Sequence record: MZ234052.1
Strand: one strand, 5' to 3'
Origin: Escherichia phage vB_EcoM-PM133
DNA length: 64,000 bases
Shown here: piece by piece, positions 58,305 to 64,000 of the stretch
Position numbering within the stretch: the first letter of the stretch is position 1
Layout: each line of letters opens with the position of its first letter
Notes under the pieces: model-generated
The model's database searches: none
Told to the model about the DNA's origin: nothing
The model's input: only the letters and a program-made list of their open reading frames with translations
Position numbers and translations under genes: made by a program

Positions 58305-58886
58305 ATGGCGAGTTTAATTTTTACTTATGCAGCAATGAATGCTGGAAAATCTGCTTCTCTTTTGACTGCTGCGCATAATTATAAAGAACGTGGAATGAGT
58401 GTATTAGTTCTTAAGCCTGCTATTGATACTCGCGATTCTGTCTGCGAAGTCGTTTCTCGCATTGGAATTAAACAGGAAGCGAATATTATTACAGATGATA
58501 TGGATATTTTCGAGTTCTATAAATGGGCTGAAGCACAAAAAGATATTCATTGCGTATTTGTAGATGAAGCCCAATTTTTAAAAACTGAACAAGTACATCA
58601 ATTGAGCCGAATTGTTGATACATATAATGTTCCTGTTATGGCTTATGGATTAAGGACTGATTTCGCTGGAAAATTATTTGAAGGTTCTAAAGAACTTTTA
58701 GCGATTGCAGATAAACTTATTGAACTAAAGGCAGTTTGTCATTGCGGCAAAAAAGCGATTATGACAGCTCGATTAATGGAAGATGGAACACCAGTTAAAG
58801 AAGGTAATCAAATCTGTATTGGTGATGAAATTTATGTTTCTTTGTGTAGAAAACATTGGAATGAATTAACTAAAAAGCTCGGTTAG
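58305..58886 (+). CDS. tk: thymidine kinase
   Basis: 193-aa ORF with P-loop NAGKSASL and CHCGKKA zinc motif; recalled T4 Tk. Confidence 0.95.
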   Translation: MASLIFTYAAMNAGKSASLLTAAHNYKERGMSVLVLKPAIDTRDSVCEVVSRIGIKQEANIITDDMDIFEFYKWAEAQKDIHCVFVDEAQFLKTEQVHQLSRIVDTYNVPVMAYGLRTDFAGKLFEGSKELLAIADKLIELKAVCHCGKKAIMTARLMEDGTPVKEGNQICIGDEIYVSLCRKHWNELTKKLG

Positions 58887-58895
58887 TGCAAAAGT

Positions 58896-58903
58896 TATAA
58901 ATA
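58896..58903 (+). promoter_or_regulatory. late promoter TATAAATA upstream of the rI region
   Basis: TATAAATA 26 nt upstream of the ATG at 58929. Confidence 0.45.
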
Positions 58904-58928
58904 GGTTTATCTAACTAAAGGGGTATAT

Positions 58929-59141
58929 ATGCTACAATTAACTGAAAAGCAACTTCGCAATCTTACTGTGCTTCAATTAGATGAAATTCGTAGGGAAGTT
59001 GGAAATGTTATTTCAGCTTTGCGTCGAGAAGTATCACTCAACCAATCTCCGGCAGACTATACTAGATTGCGAAATTTTGAAAAATACCTTGATAAAGTTA
59101 AGGCCGTGCATCGGCATAAAGTAAATACAGGACAAAAATGA
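58929..59141 (+). CDS. hypothetical protein (rI.1 position)
   Basis: 70-aa ORF; TATAAATA late promoter upstream. Confidence 0.5.
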   Translation: MLQLTEKQLRNLTVLQLDEIRREVGNVISALRREVSLNQSPADYTRLRNFEKYLDKVKAVHRHKVNTGQK

Positions 59142-59153
59142 TAGGAGGCCTTT

Positions 59154-59447
59154 ATGGCCTTAAAAGCAACGGCACTATTTGCCATGCTAGGATTAGCATT
59201 TGCTTTATCTCCACCAATTGAAGCGAATGTCGATCCTCATTTTGATAAATTTATGGAATCTGGTATTAGACACGTTTATATGCTTTTTGAAAACAAAAGC
59301 GTAGAATCATCTGAACAGTTCTATAGTTTTATGCGAACGACTTATAAAAATGACCCGTGCTCTTCCGATTTTGAATGTATAGAGCGAGGCGCGGAGATGG
59401 CACAATCATACGCTAGAATTATGAACATTAAATTGGAGACTGAATGA
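59154..59447 (+). CDS. rI: RI lysis inhibition regulator (periplasmic antiholin)
   Basis: 97-aa ORF MALKATALFAMLGLAFALSPPIEANVDPHFDKFMESGIRH; recalled T4 RI. Confidence 0.85.
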   Translation: MALKATALFAMLGLAFALSPPIEANVDPHFDKFMESGIRHVYMLFENKSVESSEQFYSFMRTTYKNDPCSSDFECIERGAEMAQSYARIMNIKLETE

Positions 59448-59830
59448 AATTCAGCGACTTTTCACAAAGTGGAAAACCTTCAAAGGCAGATGAATACTTA
59501 GGTTTATTAATGGCTGCACAAGCTTATTTTCATTCTGCACATTTTGAAACTAAAAGTTATGCTAGACACAAAGCATACGATTTTATTTTCTCCGAGTTGC
59601 CAGATTTGATTGATAAATTTGGTGAGCAATATTTGGGGTATTCTGGTAGAAAATACACGCCTTCAATTCCAGATGCCAGTAAACTTCCTACCGACACAAT
59701 TAAAATGATTGATCGCATACTAGACCAATCTAACAGCATTTATAAAGAAATGCCTCCAGCCATTCAAAGCACGATAGATGATATTACTGGAATGTTTTAC
59801 CAGAGTAAGTATCTTCTTTCCCTCGAATAA
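59444..59830 (+). CDS. hypothetical protein (rI.-1 position)
   Basis: 128-aa ORF; terminator downstream. Confidence 0.55.
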   Translation: MKFSDFSQSGKPSKADEYLGLLMAAQAYFHSAHFETKSYARHKAYDFIFSELPDLIDKFGEQYLGYSGRKYTPSIPDASKLPTDTIKMIDRILDQSNSIYKEMPPAIQSTIDDITGMFYQSKYLLSLE

Positions 59831-59834
59831 CATT

Positions 59835-59858
59835 AGTCTCCTTCGGGAGACTTTTTTC
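59835..59858 (+). terminator. rho-independent terminator
   Basis: Hairpin agtctccttcgggagact followed by TTTTTT. Confidence 0.7.
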
Positions 59859-59867
59859 ATTTTGCCG

Positions 59868-59897
59868 GTTTACTTTCCGTTTGAGCTGTGGTACTAT
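59868..59897 (+). promoter_or_regulatory. T4-type early promoter
   Basis: -35 TTTACT (59869-59874), 17 nt spacer, -10 TGgTACTAT (59889-59897). Confidence 0.55.
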
Positions 59898-59925
59898 ACA
59901 ACTATCGGATAAAGAGGAGAACATC

Positions 59926-60114
59926 ATGAAAATTGAAGCACTCAATCAAGAAGGAAATATCTACGTCATCATTAATGGTGATTTTTTCGTCGACATGGAT
60001 GAAGTTACTAGTGAAGAACTTGTAGAACTTCTTAAGAATCGTTATAATATGTGTGATGAAGTTGCAACTCACATGGCGTGTGCAATATTCTCTCTTTCAT
60101 ATGTGGTGGAATAA
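59926..60114 (+). CDS. hypothetical protein
   Basis: ATG at 59926 after RBS AAAGAGGAGAA; ORF track starts at an upstream TTG (59881). Confidence 0.45.
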   Translation: MKIEALNQEGNIYVIINGDFFVDMDEVTSEELVELLKNRYNMCDEVATHMACAIFSLSYVVE

Positions 60115-60317
60115 TGATTAGTATCGAACAAGCTGATAAAATTAAGGAATTGGTAGCTTTAATTCGTAAAGCAGATGAGGAACTTAGTGACTTTGCTTGG
60201 TTTTCGTCAGGCATTGCAAATAAAGGCGCTGAAGAACTTGAAGCTAAAGTTGATAATGCTATAGAAGCGTTAGATATGTTTCTTGATGAAATTATCGATC
60301 ATAATACGAGAGTGTAA
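60114..60317 (+). CDS. hypothetical protein
   Basis: Start chosen at [13 protein letters not shown] (ATGA overlap). Confidence 0.45.
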   Translation: MISIEQADKIKELVALIRKADEELSDFAWFSSGIANKGAEELEAKVDNAIEALDMFLDEIIDHNTRV

Positions 60318-60319
60318 GT

Positions 60320-60514
60320 ATGCTAACACGCGAACAGTTTGAAAAAATCATTAAATTAGCACGTGATATTGAAATAGATTCATATCAATTAGCAGTTGAG
60401 CATTGTGAAGGATATTCATACGATGGTATAGAAGCAGCTAAAAAGGATTTGGATAAATCTAAAGCTAAGTTAGTTCAATATCTTGAAATGATTAGGTGGA
60501 ACAATGAAAACTGA
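60320..60514 (+). CDS. hypothetical protein
   Basis: 64-aa ORF MLTREQFEKIIKLARDIE. Confidence 0.45.
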   Translation: MLTREQFEKIIKLARDIEIDSYQLAVEHCEGYSYDGIEAAKKDLDKSKAKLVQYLEMIRWNNEN

Positions 60515-60677
60515 AAAGCAGATGTTTTTAATGAAACTAATTGAAGAATATGCTAATGCAGTTTCTGACTATGAGTGTTCTTCTCGGGAAAGAGGTACAG
60601 CTTTCGCCAAAGAAGAAATGAAAATCATGGTTGATGCTCACACAAAGCTTCAGAATTTTATTGAAAACGTCATTTAA
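60504..60677 (+). CDS. hypothetical small protein
   Basis: 57-aa ORF MKTEKQMFLMKLIEEY with RBS GGTGGA. Confidence 0.35.
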   Translation: MKTEKQMFLMKLIEEYANAVSDYECSSRERGTAFAKEEMKIMVDAHTKLQNFIENVI

Positions 60678-60680
60678 TGG

Positions 60681-60721
60681 TTTACAAGTTGACAAGATTA
60701 CTATATCATAATCTTGTCAAC
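60681..60721 (+). promoter_or_regulatory. early promoter overlapped by a 13-bp perfect inverted repeat
   Basis: -35 TTTACA (60681-60686), -10 candidates TATCAT/CATAAT (60703-60710); arms gttgacaagatta (60688-60700) and taatcttgtcaac (60709-60721). Confidence 0.5.
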
Positions 60722-60868
60722 TGCCAAGGAGAAGAGAATGAAAGTTTTGTTTGTTGTGTATGTGATGATTCAATATAATTATCCAATGTTTACTTATAAT
60801 CTGGTGAACAACATTATTGATATTATTCAAAGGAGTATGTAATTGTGGGTGAGTCGAAGAGAATCAAT

Positions 60869-61402
60869 ATGAAACGATTAGTATTAGAAGTTAGTCCGCT
60901 TTTTGGTGAATTAGCTATAGAAAAAGTAAATAATATGTATCGTTTGACACAAGAAGACGATATGCTATATTTTACGCCTAGTGAAATCATTCATTTAACC
61001 CAAATTGAATATCCTTATACTGATAAAATAGTAAGCATCAATGATGAGCACAAAATTCATTTTTATTCTTCATGCCCAGGATTTAATATTAAAAGTGAGT
61101 CAATGTGTTTATCAGTTATCCATTGGGATAGTTTTATAGATAAGATTAAATATTTTTATTATTCTAATGAAAGAAAACATAGTTTAAAATGGCTCAAAAA
61201 TTGCAATGCTATTATTACTAACGCTTGCAATCAGAATGATGAAACTGTTTTAAACGTATCAAAATGCTATGAAGATGGTGATGTCTTAACTATTCGTCAA
61301 ATTGATGATTTTCGATCGTATATTGTCACATTTACCAAAGACGAAGCTATTGCGCTAAAGACTTATCTCGATTCTGTCATTCCAACTATGATTTCAAAGT
61401 GA
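60869..61402 (+). CDS. hypothetical protein, paralog A of a tandem pair
   Basis: Start chosen at MKRLVLEV; ORF track begins at an upstream GTG (60845); C-terminus KDEAIALKTYLDSVIPTM. Confidence 0.5.
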   Translation: MKRLVLEVSPLFGELAIEKVNNMYRLTQEDDMLYFTPSEIIHLTQIEYPYTDKIVSINDEHKIHFYSSCPGFNIKSESMCLSVIHWDSFIDKIKYFYYSNERKHSLKWLKNCNAIITNACNQNDETVLNVSKCYEDGDVLTIRQIDDFRSYIVTFTKDEAIALKTYLDSVIPTMISK

Positions 61403-61408
61403 GGAAAT

Positions 61409-61930
61409 ATGTTTATTTCAAGTGGAAGTGGTTTAATTCGTGTTGAATTTAAAAATGACATCTTTCTTATTCAAGGAGATGATATTATTAAAATGAGTTA
61501 TGACGAAATCAAGAAAATTTGTCATGCTCTTGAAAGTCATGGAAAAGTGAACGCTGTTATTGATATTGGCGATTTATGGGTGACACTTTATGAAGTATCC
61601 GAAGGATTTAACATTGAAGATGAAAATAACATTTTAGCTATTGATAAAAGAAGTGATTTGTTTGATGTATTAAAAGTTTATGAACAGTCAAATGGCGGAA
61701 GAAAAGCTGTATTGATTTATCAAAAACCGCATTCATGTGGAACTGCTTCAATCATTTCAGATATTGAAGATGAAACTGATACTTATATGTGTGTTTTAAA
61801 AGCTGGTGGTGACCGTCATCCGGATTTTATTTCTATTCGTCAAAACAATGAAGAAATTTCATTATCAAAATCAGAAGCTGAAGCTATGATTAAGTATTTA
61901 ACAACTGTTACACCTTCAATGAAAGGATAA
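61409..61930 (+). CDS. hypothetical protein, paralog B of a tandem pair
   Basis: 173-aa ORF; C-terminus SKSEAEAMIKYLTTVTPSM resembles the upstream gene. Confidence 0.5.
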   Translation: MFISSGSGLIRVEFKNDIFLIQGDDIIKMSYDEIKKICHALESHGKVNAVIDIGDLWVTLYEVSEGFNIEDENNILAIDKRSDLFDVLKVYEQSNGGRKAVLIYQKPHSCGTASIISDIEDETDTYMCVLKAGGDRHPDFISIRQNNEEISLSKSEAEAMIKYLTTVTPSMKG

Positions 61931-61932
61931 TT

Positions 61933-62394
61933 ATGATTATTAATGAAAACTCTTGGCACTATAAATTATTCAAATTGTTTAACGATGAATGGCAACGACC
62001 TAAGACGCTGTGCGCATACTTTTGGTCTATTGTTATCCCTACATTTTTCGTTTCTTTTTTCGGATGTACTATACTCGTAGGTCTAACTATCATCTGCGCA
62101 GAAATCATACAGAAATGGCTTATTTTTGGTAGTTTATGGACTCTTATTCCATCAGCATTTATACTTGCCATTTTGCTTGTTTTACTTATTATCGGTTCAT
62201 TTGTTATTCCTGCACAACTGCGTGAAAAATATAAAGATTATAAATGGAAAAAGGATTATGCTTTACACGTAGAAAATATTGATAGGGCGTATAAAGGTTT
62301 ACCTCCTATTCAACCCAAGAAATCGATTATCGTTGAATTTTTAAAAGCTCGTAAAGCTAAAGTATGTCCTGTTATTGAATATAAGGCTGAATGA
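61933..62394 (+). CDS. small membrane protein
   Basis: 153-aa ORF with two or three hydrophobic helices. Confidence 0.5.
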   Translation: MIINENSWHYKLFKLFNDEWQRPKTLCAYFWSIVIPTFFVSFFGCTILVGLTIICAEIIQKWLIFGSLWTLIPSAFILAILLVLLIIGSFVIPAQLREKYKDYKWKKDYALHVENIDRAYKGLPPIQPKKSIIVEFLKARKAKVCPVIEYKAE

Positions 62395-63404
62395 TGAAAA
62401 CAGTAATGAAAAGCTATTTTGGTAGTCATCTTTATGGAACTTCTACCCCAGAATCTGATGTAGATTTTAAAGAAATCTTTGTTCCTCCTGCTCGTGATAT
62501 TCTTATCGGAAATGTTAAAGAGCACATGAGTAAAAACACTAACAACACATCATCTAAAAACACTAAAGATGATATTGACCATGAACTATACAGTCTTAAA
62601 TATTTCTTTAAATTAGCAGCAGATGGTGAAACTGTAGCGTTAGATATGCTTCACACTCCACCTGAACTAGTGGTTAAATCTGATTTGCCTGATGTGTGGA
62701 AGTTTATTCAAGACAACCGTTCTCGTTTTTATACGACTAACATGAAATCCTATTTAGGATATGTCCGTAAGCAAGCTTCTAAATACGGCGTTAAGGGTTC
62801 TCGTTTGGCTGCATTACGTGATGTATTGAAAGTAGTTAATCAAATCCCTGAGCAATGGGTTGATTACCAAGAAGATGGTTCTATTAAGCAGCGTCGTACT
62901 AAAGTTGAAGATATTAAGCATCGTCTTCCAGAAAACGAATTCTGTGAATGGGTGTTCCATAATCATGAGAAAACAGGCCCACAGACGTTCTACACAGTGT
63001 TGGGTCGTAAATATCAGACAACGCTTTCTCTTATTGAGCTTAAGCAGTCACTGAACAAATTAGATGCTGAATACGGTGAACGTGCTCGTAAGGCCGAAGC
63101 CAATGAAGGTATTGACTGGAAAGCTCTGAGTCATGCTTGCCGTGGTGGACTCCAACTATTGGAAATTTACAAAACTGGTGACTTGGTTTATCCACTCCAA
63201 GATGCTCCATTTATTCTCGACGTGAAGTTGGGTAAACATCCATTTAAAACGGTTCAAGAGTTTTTGGAAGATGTGGTCGATCAAGTAGAAGCAGCATCTA
63301 CTGAAGCTTCTAAGAACGGTATGCAGCAAAAAGTAGACATGGGTTTTTGGGATGACTTCCTTGAGAGGGTTTATCTTGAAAACCACCGAAGTTATTATAA
63401 ATGA
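62391..63404 (+). CDS. Pol-beta-superfamily nucleotidyltransferase-like protein
   Basis: 337-aa ORF; N-terminal GSHLYGTSTPESDVDF fits the NTase motif hG[GS]x9-13Dh[DE]h, with downstream ALDMLH acidic residue; terminator after the stop. Confidence 0.55.
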   Translation: MMKTVMKSYFGSHLYGTSTPESDVDFKEIFVPPARDILIGNVKEHMSKNTNNTSSKNTKDDIDHELYSLKYFFKLAADGETVALDMLHTPPELVVKSDLPDVWKFIQDNRSRFYTTNMKSYLGYVRKQASKYGVKGSRLAALRDVLKVVNQIPEQWVDYQEDGSIKQRRTKVEDIKHRLPENEFCEWVFHNHEKTGPQTFYTVLGRKYQTTLSLIELKQSLNKLDAEYGERARKAEANEGIDWKALSHACRGGLQLLEIYKTGDLVYPLQDAPFILDVKLGKHPFKTVQEFLEDVVDQVEAASTEASKNGMQQKVDMGFWDDFLERVYLENHRSYYK

Positions 63405-63406
63405 TA

Positions 63407-63430
63407 GGGAGCCTTCGGGCTCCCTTTTTT
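63407..63430 (+). terminator. rho-independent terminator after the nucleotidyltransferase-like gene
   Basis: Hairpin gggagccttcgggctccc followed by TTTTTT. Confidence 0.7.
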
Positions 63431-63454
63431 ATTTCAAAAATTTTTCACAAAATT

Positions 63455-63484
63455 GTTTACAAGCATAAAGCTTTATGGTACTAT
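63455..63484 (+). promoter_or_regulatory. T4-type early promoter
   Basis: -35 TTTACA (63456-63461), 17 nt spacer, -10 TGgTACTAT (63476-63484). Confidence 0.6.
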
Positions 63485-63521
63485 ACAACTATCAAAACAA
63501 ACACTTAAACGGAAAAACAAA

Positions 63522-63671
63522 ATGAAAATTACACCAATTGAAGTAAAAAAGTTGATTGATACAGAAGAAATTTCAGAGTGTTTTGAAAGTTTCTTAGAAG
63601 ATGCAACTGAAGATAATGCAGTTTATCTCGCTCAGAAAATTATCGAAACTTATTTGGAGAAGAATCAATGA
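63522..63671 (+). CDS. hypothetical small acidic protein
   Basis: ATG at 63522 downstream of an early promoter; ORF track starts upstream inside the promoter. Confidence 0.4.
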   Translation: MKITPIEVKKLIDTEEISECFESFLEDATEDNAVYLAQKIIETYLEKNQ

Positions 63672-63931
63672 CAGTTTACGTAGATGTTTTAATGAATCAT
63701 GGATGGAAACTTCGCGGTCATCCAACTAAAAATTGTCATATGTTCACTGATGGAGATATTGAAGAGCTTCATGAAATGGCAGAAGCAATAGGAATGAAAC
63801 GTTCTTGGTTTCAAGATAAACGCATTAAACATTATGACTTACACGCTCGCCGACGCCAAAAAGCTGTAGAACTTGGAGCTGTAGAAGTATCTCGCCGTGA
63901 AGCAGTAAAAATTTGGCGAACGTTAAAATAA
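63668..63931 (+). CDS. hypothetical protein
   Basis: 87-aa ORF with ATGA overlap to the preceding gene. Confidence 0.5.
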   Translation: MTVYVDVLMNHGWKLRGHPTKNCHMFTDGDIEELHEMAEAIGMKRSWFQDKRIKHYDLHARRRQKAVELGAVEVSRREAVKIWRTLK

Positions 63932-63934
63932 ATT

Positions 63935-63964
63935 GTTTACAGAAGGGTAGTAGTGTGATACTAT
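63935..63964 (+). promoter_or_regulatory. T4-type early promoter
   Basis: -35 TTTACA (63936-63941), 17 nt spacer, -10 TGaTACTAT (63956-63964). Confidence 0.55.
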
Positions 63965-64000
63965 TACCCTATCAAAACAAATGTGAGATTGGAGAATAAA

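Overview
This window is a segment of a T4-like (T-even, Tequatrovirus-type) myovirus genome; identifications rest on recalled protein homology and motifs read from the sequence, with no searches run. Positions 1-41214 are the late morphogenesis module, mostly on the minus strand: baseplate hub 29-28-27-51, then plus-strand 26-25-uvsY, minus-strand uvsW, plus-strand inh-hoc-rnlB, then 24-23-22-21-68-67-20-19-18-17-16-15-14-13-wac-12-11-10-9-8-7-6-5.4-5-53, punctuated by TATAAATA late promoters and hairpin terminators. Positions 41262-44647 (plus) carry 4-2-3-1-57A-57B. Positions 44650-63980 (plus) are the plastic early region: capsid-targeted internal-protein genes, a 10-tRNA cluster, nudE, e lysozyme, denV, regB, tk, rI and many small ORFs behind sigma70-type early promoters. 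No rRNA, CRISPR array, integrase, transposase or homing endonuclease was recognised. I did not find a clearly novel multi-gene system. The best leads are a mosaic grcA-like glycyl-radical gene whose 3' half looks host-derived, an in-frame UGA in an ipI-like gene, a Hoc with an extra Ig-like domain, a macro-domain-like ORF and a Pol-beta-type nucleotidyltransferase ORF.
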